From: Actinomycetales bacterium
GTDB lineage: Bacteria; Actinomycetota; Actinomycetes; Actinomycetales; JAHECE01
Direction: 5' to 3'
Assembly: GCA_029975645.1 (NCBI GenBank)
Contig: JARKOU010000002.1
Location: forward strand, 2,987 to 66,986
Length of the DNA: 64,000 nucleotides
Shown one piece after another: positions 1-8,355 of the stretch. Below the pieces are notes generated by a model. It did no database searches and was not told the DNA's origin. It worked only from the letters and a program-made list of their open reading frames with translations. Position 1 is the stretch's first letter. The number at the start of each line of letters is the position of its first letter. Made by a program: the position numbers and the translations under genes.

Positions 1-4
1 CGTA

Positions 5-1724
5 GAGCCTGTTGCAGATTCGCGCGTCCCGGACGGCCGCGGTCGGCTCGGCGGTGAGGATGGCTCATGGCCAAGGGTTACCGTCCGGTGCTGCGGGATC
101 AGCCGATGCTGCTGCCGGTGGATATGCGCGAGTGGCTGCCGTCGGATCATCTGGTGTGGTTCGTGCTGGAGGTCGTGGAGCAGCTCGACATCACGGACCT
201 GGAGCGGCAGCGGCGCCTGGGCGGTGCCGGCGCCGCGGGGTATGACCCGCGGATGCTGCTCGGGCTGCTGGTGTACGCGTACTGCCGGGGGGTGCGGTCC
301 TCGCGGCGGATCGAGGCGTTGTGCCACACCGATGTCGCGTTCCGGGTGCTGTGCGCTCAGGACGTCCCGGACCACGTCACGATCGCGAGGTTCCGGGCGC
401 AGTCGGTGGAGGTGTTCGCCGGGTTGTTCGCCCAGGTCCTGACGATCGCGGCGCGGGCGGGTCTGGCCCGGTTCGGGACGGTGGCGATCGATGGCACGAA
501 GATCGCGGCGAACGCCTCGATCGATGCCAACCGTGCCCAGGAGTGGCTGCAGCAGCAGGTCGCGGGCATGATCGAGGACGCCCGGCGCACCGACGCCGCG
601 GAGGACGCGGCTGGCACCCTGGACGGGGAGCGGGTCCCGGCCGGCCTGCGGGACGCGACGAGCCGGTCCGCGCGGATCCGGGCCGCCGCGGCCGAGGTGG
701 CGGAGCGGGGACGCCGTCAGGACGCCCGCGAGCAGGATCGTCTGGCCTCGGCGCGGGCCCGTCAGGAGCGGGCCGAGGCCGGGCAGGCGGTGGTCGGGCG
801 GATCCCGAACGGCCCGCACCGCCTGGCAGAGGCCCGGGCGCACCTGGCCCTGCAGGTCGCCGGTCAGCAGGCCAAGCTGGATCGTCGCGCCGCGATCATC
901 GCCTCGGGCCGCACCCCCGCGGGGCGGGTGCCGCGACCGGTCGAGGAGCACTCCTCGGTGATCCGCGCCCGGCGCGCGGTCCAGGCGGCCGAGCAGGCCG
1001 AGCAGGAGGCCGAACGAGCCGGGCCCGCCGGGCCCGGTCCCGCCGCGGGGCGGGTCGCGAACATCACCGACCCGGCCTCGCGGGTGATGCCGACCCGTCG
1101 CGGGTTCGTGCAGGGCTACAACGTCCAGGTCGCGGTCACCAGTGACCAGGTCATCGTCGCCCTGGACGTCGTGCAGGACACCAACGACCAGCACCACCTC
1201 GTGCCGATGATGGCCGCCGCCGGCGCCGCTGCCCGCCACCTGCACGCGGTCACCGGCCAGGACGAGCACCGCATCGGCGTCGTCCTGGCCGATGCCGGCT
1301 ACGCCAGCGACGCCAACCTCACCGCTCCCGGACCCGACCGCCTGATCGCCCTGGCCAAGTCCCGCGACCACGCCCACGCCGTCAGGCGAGACCCGGCCAA
1401 CGGCCCACCACCGCCGGGGTCCACACCCCGTCAGGCGATGGCCCACCGGCTACGGACCCCCGACGGGCACACCCTCTACAAACGCCGAGGCGCGACCGTC
1501 GAACCAGCGATCGGCAACCTCAAGAAGATCATCGACCGATTCGCCCGACGAGGCCTCGAACCCGTCCGATCCGAGATCCACCTCGCAGCCACCGCCTTCA
1601 ACATCACCAAGCTCCACCGCGCAGCAGCAGCCTGACCCGGGGCCACCCGGCGCCCCACCAGCCAGCGACCACCCCGGGCGACCGACCACGGGGCCTCCGG
1701 CCCGAGCCAATGCGCAACAGGCTC
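5..1724 (+). mobile_element. IS1182-family insertion sequence, inserted into an IS256-family transposase gene
   Basis: There are 11-bp terminal inverted repeats: GAGCCTGTTGC at 5-15 and its reverse complement GCAACAGGCTC at 1714-1724. Both ends are flanked by CGTA (1-4 and 1725-1728), consistent with a target-site duplication of at least 4 bp. The left flank is cut by the window edge. Confidence 0.75.
67..1635 (+). CDS. IS1182-family (IS5-like DDE) transposase
   Basis: 522-aa ORF. The N-terminus MAKGYRPVLRDQPMLLPVDMREWLPSDHLVWFVLEVVEQLD...YDPRMLLGLLVYAYCRGVRSSRRIE is typical of IS1182 transposases. The C-terminal part contains DAGYAS and a KRRGATVEPAIGNLK motif. Confidence 0.85.
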   Translation: MAKGYRPVLRDQPMLLPVDMREWLPSDHLVWFVLEVVEQLDITDLERQRRLGGAGAAGYDPRMLLGLLVYAYCRGVRSSRRIEALCHTDVAFRVLCAQDVPDHVTIARFRAQSVEVFAGLFAQVLTIAARAGLARFGTVAIDGTKIAANASIDANRAQEWLQQQVAGMIEDARRTDAAEDAAGTLDGERVPAGLRDATSRSARIRAAAAEVAERGRRQDAREQDRLASARARQERAEAGQAVVGRIPNGPHRLAEARAHLALQVAGQQAKLDRRAAIIASGRTPAGRVPRPVEEHSSVIRARRAVQAAEQAEQEAERAGPAGPGPAAGRVANITDPASRVMPTRRGFVQGYNVQVAVTSDQVIVALDVVQDTNDQHHLVPMMAAAGAAARHLHAVTGQDEHRIGVVLADAGYASDANLTAPGPDRLIALAKSRDHAHAVRRDPANGPPPPGSTPRQAMAHRLRTPDGHTLYKRRGATVEPAIGNLKKIIDRFARRGLEPVRSEIHLAATAFNITKLHRAAAA

Positions 1725-2742
1725 CGTAGTCGAGGAAGGGGATGAACTCCTCCCAGGCGGTGCGCCAGAGCTTGACGGCGGCCGGGTACTTGGAGCCCCA
1801 GCGTTCGGCGAACTCCTCGAACCGTTCGGCCGCGACGGTGTCCTTGACCGCGGTGTAGATCGGGCGCAGGTCCCGAGCGATGGCGTCCCAGTCCTGACGG
1901 GCGGCGTAGCGGAAGGTGTTGCGGATCAGGTGGACCACGCACGTCTGGACCTGGGTCTCCTTCCAGACCGTCGTGATCGCCTCGGGCAGGCCCTTGAGGC
2001 CGTCGCAGACCGCGATGCACACGTCGGCGACGCCGCGGTTCTTGATCTCGGTCAGGACGTTCAGCCAGTACTTCGCGCCCTCGCCGCCGTCGCCGGCCCA
2101 GATCCCCAGGATGTCCCGCTCACCGGCGGTCGTGACGCCGATGACGACGTAGAACGGCCGGTTAGTGACCTGACCGTCGCGGACCTTGACCATCAGAGCG
2201 TCGATGAAGATCACCGGGTACACGCCGTCCAACGGGCGGTGCTGCCACTCGCTCATCTCGGCCGTCACCTTCTCGGTGATCCGGCTGATCGTGTCCTTGC
2301 TCACCGAGGCGCTGTAGACCTCCATGAGGTGGGCGCAGATCTCCCCGGTGGTCAGACCCCGCGCGGTCAACGACAAGACGAGCTGGTCGACGCCGTCCAG
2401 GCGGCGCTGCCGCTTCTTGACGATCGCCGGCTCGAACGTCCCCTCACGATCCCGCGGCACCGCGACCTCGACCGGGCCGATCTCGGTCAGGACCGTCTTG
2501 ACCCGCGAGCCGTTGCGCTCATTCGTGCCCGCCTTGGCGTCCCGGTCACCGTGGTCGTACCTGAGGTGGTCGCTGAGCTCCTCCTCCAACGCGGTCTCCA
2601 GGACCTGCTTCGTCAAGCTCGTCAACAACCCTCCCGGGCCGACGAGGTCGACCCCCTGCTCCCGCGCCTGGTCCACCAACCGGTGCGCCAGCGCATGCCT
2701 CGCATCCTCCTCGAGCGTCATGGACTCGATCGTCTCGGTCAT
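1725..2742 (-). pseudogene. IS256-family transposase, 3'-truncated by the IS1182 insertion
   Basis: Translation from ATG 2742 (MTETIESMTLEED...) aligns by eye with the full-length IS256 transposase at 8376-9761, for example DREGTFEPAIVKK, YPVIFIDALMVKVRDG and VQTCVVHLIRN. Homology stops at ...WEEFIPFLDY, exactly at the IS1182 right inverted repeat; the intact copy continues FIPFLEFPPEVRR. Confidence 0.85.
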
Positions 2743-2951
2743 CTCGCCTGCTTCCCCGCCAGGCACCCACCCGGCGTGTCAGGCCAGACCCCCTACCCAC
2801 CGTTTGTCTGACAGTCCCGGGTCGGCGGCCCGACTGCCAACAGCGCGCGGTCATGCCGATGAGGGCGAACCCGACGGGCTGGGTCTGAACGAACAGGGCT
2901 CTCGTTGGAGCGACCGCGCGCCGAGGCCCGCCTCCGAAGTGTCGCCGATCT

Positions 2952-3827
2952 TCAGACGTATTTGGGCAAGCGGTCGTATCGCTGATAATGATCGCGGTCG
3001 TAGTGGTCGCTCAAGCTCGCGTTGTAGTGCTCAATGTCGAAGTAGTGCGGTTGCCCGTCTTCCCTAGTGATGCCGTTCTTGAGTAGTCCGAGTACGTGAT
3101 CAGGATTCGGTAGCGCTGCACCGTGCGGCGAGATGCAGTCCACATACCACGTGTAGCCGTGTCCATGCGTATCGTTGTGCCAAACGGCGCGGAGCCGCAT
3201 ATCGAAACCCAGCGCGGTCGCCGCGGCCTCGATCTCATTGATTCGTTGTTCGAGAGACTCGAGGTCGTGTCGCATGCCGCCGGCAGTCCGGGAGCTGAGA
3301 TGGAAGTAGTACCCGCGGTGTACCGCGACCCACCGGTTGGGGCTGCTCGTGGCGAAGATCCTCCACGCATCGGTGCTGGCAGGCATGAACCGCTGGGCGA
3401 TCGCCCAACCGCGCGGCGTCGACAGCATTCGTTCGAGCACCACGCCATCCCAGTAGTGGACGACAAGGTCCCCCCCGCGCCCGCGTTCAAGCCCCTCAAG
3501 CCGCTCAACGAGGGCGGATGTCGGGTGGGTCGTGCACACCAGTAGGAACCCCTGTGCACCGTGATGGTTCACCTGCTCGAGGACTCCGTTCGCCTCGTCC
3601 ACCCCGACAGCCCGGCCTGACGCTGAGAAGTCCTTGCAGGACACCAACCACTTCCGCGGCTTCGATCCGAGCAAGTCGCTGCCTCGCTCGACGAACGTCA
3701 GGTCTCGATCGCCGTCGGGCCCCTCGCCGCTCCATTGTGGATCGAATCCGAGTTGCAGCAGGAGTTCACGCACCAACGGCTCAAGCCTTCGGCCTGAGCC
3801 GCCGAGTTCCGTGAAGTCAAGCACCAT
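2952..3827 (-). CDS. Mrr-type (PD-(D/E)xK) restriction-endonuclease-domain protein with an unrecognised C-terminal domain (protein A of the divergent pair)
   Basis: The N-terminal half carries the Mrr_cat-like pattern LEPLVRELLLQLGF...GPDGDRDLTF...WLVSCKDF...GFLLVCTTHPTSALVERL...YWDGVVLERML. The last roughly 150 aa (His/Tyr/Asp-rich, ...HYFDIEHYNASLSDHYDRDHYQRYDRL) match nothing I recognise. The start is uncertain: ATG 3827 is chosen, with in-frame ATG 3860 and GTG 3902 as alternatives. The DNA is visibly AT-richer than its surroundings. Confidence 0.55.
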   Translation of the reverse strand: MVLDFTELGGSGRRLEPLVRELLLQLGFDPQWSGEGPDGDRDLTFVERGSDLLGSKPRKWLVSCKDFSASGRAVGVDEANGVLEQVNHHGAQGFLLVCTTHPTSALVERLEGLERGRGGDLVVHYWDGVVLERMLSTPRGWAIAQRFMPASTDAWRIFATSSPNRWVAVHRGYYFHLSSRTAGGMRHDLESLEQRINEIEAAATALGFDMRLRAVWHNDTHGHGYTWYVDCISPHGAALPNPDHVLGLLKNGITREDGQPHYFDIEHYNASLSDHYDRDHYQRYDRLPKYV

Positions 3828-4085
3828 CGAAGTATGCTCGACGCACAGCCCCCGCGGCATATCGAGTGCGAGGAGCGAGACCTTCACGACGTCCGAGCGC
3901 ACCGGGCGCCCGAGACCGCAGCAGCGGCGACACCCGGGAATGCCTGTGCTGCCGCACCTCGTGCCGAGCGTCTCGCGTGGAGGCGGCGACCGACTGCATC
4001 ACGGTCGGTCCTGCAGCACTGGACCCTAGGGGTGTGCAAGACCATCCTCCCTTCGTCGTGCAACGCTGCTGAAGGAGATCCGACC
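3828..4085. promoter_or_regulatory. Shared divergent control region of the nuclease-domain gene pair
   Basis: A 258-bp gap lies between divergent starts. SD GAAGGAG at 4071-4077 sits 8 nt before GTG 4086. A 7-bp inverted repeat is GACCGAC at 3988-3994 and GTCGGTC at 4004-4010. No promoter hexamers are confidently assignable. Confidence 0.3.
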
Positions 4086-5831
4086 GTGCCGACCATTGAC
4101 AGCGTCCCGTGGCTGCACCTGACCCAGCCGAAGTTCGACGAGATCGTCGAGGCCCTGCTGATCCACTACCACCAAGACCTGGCCGATGGCTCGCGCGCCG
4201 AGGCGCTCGACGGACGCGGCGGGGACGGCGGCCGGGACGTGGACGTGCACGTCGGGGAGAACTTCGACGTTCTCGATACCGTCTATCAGCTGAAGTACTT
4301 CCCCGAGGGGTTTTCAGGCGGTCATGCGAAATCTCGCAAGCCACAGATCAGACGTTCGTTCGAGGCCGCGATGAAGGACTCCCCTCGAGTCTGGGTGCTC
4401 GTGGTTCCACGCAACGTCGCCAAGTCCGAGCGCTCGTGGATTCGAGCCCTCGCCGGGAAGCGAAAGGTGAGGATCGAGATCTGGGGGCAGAGCAGGCTCA
4501 ACACCGAACTGGCCAAACGCCCGACGCTGCTGGCCTGGGCAACGCGGGACGCGCTTGTAGACACTCTCAAGTCGATTGGGCAGGCGCGAGCGGCCTTGAT
4601 CGGACCGACCGACCTGTCGGACCGGGTGCGCGATCTCCACGCGCTCGCAAACGCTCGAAGCCCGTTTTGGGGTACCGCCTTCACGGTGAACGCACGCGGC
4701 GGCGTCACGGAAGCGCTTTACGCAAAGGTGCCGGACGCGCACCTCAAGGAGCCGATCAGCTTCTCGTTTGCCATCACCCCCGACGTACTCGATGACGATG
4801 CGCGGACCGCCGCCGAGTTGTTCCGCGACTATGGAATCGGCACGGTACGCCTGCCGGGAGAGGCGCTTAGCGACTTCACAACGACAGGTCCAGAGTGGCT
4901 AGATATTGTCCCCGGTCCAGGCGACGTTATCCAGTTGGGGCCCGTACCGAGAAAGAGCGAGCCTGTCACGCTGTGCACTCTTGACGAGGACGGCATCACC
5001 AAGCGGGCCGTGCGTGGGCACGTCACCGCTTACGGACGTGGCCGAGTCGGGCGCGGGCTGTCGCTGGCGTGCACCGGTGGGCTCGAGGTGACGTTCCTCC
5101 TCAACGACGACGGCGCCGGCGTCAAGACAACCGTCGTTCAGCAGCTTGCGGGCGAGAACGCAACGGACGTGGTGGCATCCATCGAACTCGTGGAATCCTT
5201 GCCGCAAGCGGCTGCCGTGAAGGTGATGCGCGGCCCGACACCGTTACTAGGTCTCCGGCCACGGCCCGGGATGGACGTGTTGGAGACCCCGATTCCCGCG
5301 TACGAGCGGCAACTCGTTGACGACCTTGCTGTCATCGCCGCATTCACTCGAATTCCGTTCGACGTGCCGGAGGAGTTGACGGCCCACGAGCGCCAGGAGA
5401 TCCGCCGGCTGCGGTTGATTCTCGACGGACACGCGGTCCTCGAGCCCGCGTTTGGCCGACTGACCGCGGCACTGCGCCCGGACGTTCCGGAAGCCGAACT
5501 TGAAAGGTTCGCTGGCGTGTTTGCCGTGGCGGTCACGACTGCCGTTGCCTACGAGGTACTCGGACACGTCGTGCCGCTTAAGAACTCCGTCATCTACCAT
5601 CCACGAGCCTCCCTCAAGGCTCCCGGGTCGTGGAACGAGGTGGAGACAGCTAGAGAAGCCCGCAAGCCCGTCGACGTAGTTATCACCGGCGGTGACCACG
5701 GTCCCTTCTGGGTATACGTTCCCGAGCGTTCTGCGCCGGGCGAGCGGGCGGCCCTCACGCGGCTACAGATCCCCGGCTTTGATGAACCGCCATTGCCTAA
5801 CTTCCCGTCCGCGAGCGACCCCGCAGCATGA
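4086..5831 (+). CDS. Protein with an N-terminal Mrr-like (PD-(D/E)xK) nuclease module and a roughly 390-aa unrecognised C-terminal region (protein B of the divergent pair)
   Basis: GTG 4086 is preceded by a strong SD. The N-terminus reads FDEIVEALL...GRGGDGGRDVDV...VYQLKYF...RKPQIRRSFEAA...WVLVVPRN...IEIWGQSRL, i.e. a DGGxD...QxK nuclease core. No Walker A, HTH or methyltransferase motif is seen in the remainder. The 3834 start in the ORF track is probably an upstream over-extension. Confidence 0.55.
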   Translation: MPTIDSVPWLHLTQPKFDEIVEALLIHYHQDLADGSRAEALDGRGGDGGRDVDVHVGENFDVLDTVYQLKYFPEGFSGGHAKSRKPQIRRSFEAAMKDSPRVWVLVVPRNVAKSERSWIRALAGKRKVRIEIWGQSRLNTELAKRPTLLAWATRDALVDTLKSIGQARAALIGPTDLSDRVRDLHALANARSPFWGTAFTVNARGGVTEALYAKVPDAHLKEPISFSFAITPDVLDDDARTAAELFRDYGIGTVRLPGEALSDFTTTGPEWLDIVPGPGDVIQLGPVPRKSEPVTLCTLDEDGITKRAVRGHVTAYGRGRVGRGLSLACTGGLEVTFLLNDDGAGVKTTVVQQLAGENATDVVASIELVESLPQAAAVKVMRGPTPLLGLRPRPGMDVLETPIPAYERQLVDDLAVIAAFTRIPFDVPEELTAHERQEIRRLRLILDGHAVLEPAFGRLTAALRPDVPEAELERFAGVFAVAVTTAVAYEVLGHVVPLKNSVIYHPRASLKAPGSWNEVETAREARKPVDVVITGGDHGPFWVYVPERSAPGERAALTRLQIPGFDEPPLPNFPSASDPAA

Positions 5832-6109
5832 GGCTGCCGACTCACGAGCTTTCGCCCGGTGGACGCAGGCCTTGTGCAAGGAGGCAGCCCGTTCCTACGT
5901 TCCTCAGCCTGGTCTGATCAACTCGGCGCAGACCTCGAACTGTCGTCCTTGAAAGCCCGAGCACAGGCGTCCATCCGTACATCGGCGGAGCCGATCCTGC
6001 GTACGGAAACGGGACGATCCCCACTGCCGCCCGGTCATGCAGCCGCTGTCCGGTGCGGCATGGCGTTACGCGCTCACTGGGCCACCCTTCTCCCAGGCTT
6101 CGACAGTTC

Positions 6110-7594
6110 CTAGGGACACGGGTGCCTGGTTCTGGGCGTTGAGCAGCGCAAACGCTCGGTTGCGTGGCGGGGTCGTGTTACTAGGCGGTGCGGCGCGGGG
6201 CTGTGACCTGGGGCGATAGGTCGTGGTCCGAGCAGGATCGCGGGTTCGGGGATGTTCAGGGCGCGCAGGATGATGCGTTGCTCGGGGGTGGTCTCGGTGC
6301 GTTGGGTGACGCGCCCGGCAGGGCCGGTGAACTGTCCGGCGTGCATCCGGTCCATCGTGCGGGCGATCACCGGCCAGGGCAGGCTCGTGGCGTTCTCGGC
6401 GACCCGGATCAGCATCAGGGCGAGGTAGCACAAGGTGATGTGGGCGCGGATCCGCTGCTCGAGGCGGTGGTAGACGGGGCGGAGCTCGAGGACGCCCTTG
6501 AGGTCGCGGAACGAGCGTTCGGCCTCGAGGAGGCTCTTGTAGAGCTGGCGGCGTCGGCGGCGCCGATGTTTCGTCGGTGCAGGACAGCAGGTACTTCCCG
6601 TCGAGCTTCTCCTCCGCCTTGACGGCCTTGGTGTCGGTGGTCAGCGTGCCGTGGCGTCGGGTCAGGTAGCGGCGCAGCACCAGGTGCGCGAGCAGGACAC
6701 CTTCAGCGGCCAGGCGGGCGTCACCCGTCTTGCCGGTCAGGGCAGCGAGCTCGTGCTTGAGCCGCTCGAGGTGGCGGGTGCGGGTGGCGAGGTCGCGGGC
6801 GGCTTCGGAGAGGTTGCGGGCGATGATGAACCGCCGCCGGGACGGGCCGTCGCCGACCCAGACCTCCTTGACGTGCAGGCTGTCGGACACGACCCGGTAG
6901 CGGCCGGCCCGGGCCAGGGCGATCTGGTTGTCGGTGACGCCGCGCAGCTTCTCGGGGAACAGCACGTGCCCCCCGGCGCGCTGCGGGTGCACCCGGTTCT
7001 GTTCGGAGGCGAAGCCGCGGTCCCCGACCCACAGGACCCGGTGCAGCGAGGCCTCCCGCAGCTCGTCGTGGACCTGGCGGATGACGGTGGTGTCGGCGGC
7101 GTTGCCGGGCCACGACCAGACCCGCACCGGGATCCCCTCCCGTGTCACGGCGAGCCCGATCACGGTCTGCGGCCGGTCGGGGCGGTGGTCCTTGGACGCC
7201 CCGTAGCGGCGGAACTCGTCGTCGTCCTCGGTCTCGAAGTACGTGCTCGTGGTGTCGAACAGCAGCACGTCCACGTGCAGTTTGGCAGGTTCGCGACGGC
7301 GAAGAACACGCTCTCCTGGATCTTCGTGTCGGCATGCAGGAGGAAGTCCATCGCCCGGTAGAACACCTGCGGGTCCTCACCCAGGTCCGTCGCGCCGGGC
7401 AGGTGGACGTCCTGGCGGGCCCACTCCAGAGCGGCGAGCTTCGAGGTGGGGGCCAGGGCCCGGTTCGCGACCAGGGTGAACAGCACCCGCTGCGCCGAGC
7501 CGTCGAACGACAGCGACCTGTTCGGGTCGACGGCACGGCGCTGCTCGACGCCCTGGACCCGCTGGCGCCGTACGCCGCCCGGGTCGCCTCGCAC
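6110..7594 (-). pseudogene. IS1634-family (IS4-like DDE) transposase, disrupted by at least two frameshifts
   Basis: Three minus-strand frames carry consecutive parts of one transposase. The N-terminal part is in ORF 7160-7594 (SFDGSAQRVLFTLVANRALAPTSKLAALEW...FYRAMDFLL). The middle part is in ORF 6066-7274 (DVLLFDTTSTYFE...SKDHRPDRPQ...WVGDRGFAS...GKYLLSCTDE). The C-terminal part is in the frame of ORF 6110-6433 (QLYKSLLEAERSFRDLKGVLELRPVYHRLEQRIRAHITLCYLALMLIRV). The frame changes lie near 7285 and 6570. Confidence 0.7.
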
Positions 7595-7620
7595 CGGCCG
7601 TTGATCGAGTCCGTGCAGTT

Positions 7621-7797
7621 CGAGATCGACCTGTTCGCGGGCCTCGTCCGCGGACGACTGGCCCGTGACCCGGGTACGTCGAAGTGCAGACCATCCCCGG
7701 GATCGGCGCGGTCCTGGGCGCCGCCGTCATGGTCGCCGAGATGGGCGACGTCACCCGGGGCAGAGACTGCTGCTGGCGATGGCTCGGTTCCCGCTGA
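7621..7797 (+). pseudogene. IS110-family transposase C-terminal fragment (remnant)
   Basis: Frame starting at 7681 reads EVQTIPGIGAVLGAAVMVAEMGDVTR. This resembles the conserved IPGIG...A..L.AE.GD motif of IS110 transposases. It is followed quickly by a stop at 7795-7797. There is no N-terminal catalytic part and the upstream frame is broken. Confidence 0.4.
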
Positions 7798-7899
7798 ACG
7801 GTGCGTTCCGGTGAGCCAGAACGATTGTGAGTCAACTCGCAGCAGGTCGCGATTTAATCCGACAAATCTGGTACGCAACGGCGGAGCGGCGCGCACCGT

Positions 7900-8355
7900 C
7901 TAGATTGCGGCGATGCCCAACTCGCGTCGAACCGCGGCGTAGTAGCGCTCCCGTGCACCCTGTGCCTCGGCGTAGGCAGCCTCGACCTCCGATGCTGTCG
8001 TCGAAACGGAGCCAGACGCCCAATGATGGAATTGCCAGGCGATACGATGCCACTCACGCGCTGCTGCGATCGTGTCGTCCGTCGCTAGAAGCATGACCGC
8101 CTCTAGCTTGGCCGTCCTACTGTTCTCGTCGGCGGCCAGAAGCGGTAAGCCTTGTTCAGGAGGAAGTGGTGTGAGTGTCGGGCTGAGGCCACGGTGCCCG
8201 AGAATGCTCCGGCTACGAATTATCGCCAACTTGACCGCAGTCGCGTAGTCGGTGTACGCCTCGAGCCGGCGCGCATCCCAGCGCGCCTGTTGGTCCCGGC
8301 GCCACTTCGTGCGGTCAACGAGCTGGGTAGTTGCGAGGGAGAGCTTGTCAAGTTT
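7900..8355 (-). pseudogene. Hypothetical protein, apparently 5'-truncated by the IS256-family insertion
   Basis: The lower-G+C stretch reads ...LSLATTQLVDRTKWRRDQQARWDARRLEAYTDYATAVKLAIIRSRS...AAVRRELGIAAI. No start codon lies in the plausible part. The reading frame runs straight into the IS256 end at about 8356, and the 357-aa ORF in the track is an artefact of that read-through. Confidence 0.35.

Noticed and set aside
3834-4085. 84-codon upstream extension of protein B overlapping the start of protein A.
   Set aside because: The extension is Arg/Ala-rich with no nuclease-domain similarity. GAAGGAG-N8-GTG at 4071-4088 is a much better initiation site.
5832-6109. Non-coding gap between protein B and the IS1634 remnant, inspected for tRNA, att repeats or small ORFs.
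   Set aside because: No convincing stem-loops, repeats matching other parts of the window, or coding signal were found. It is probably the decayed IS1634 terminus plus the islet junction.
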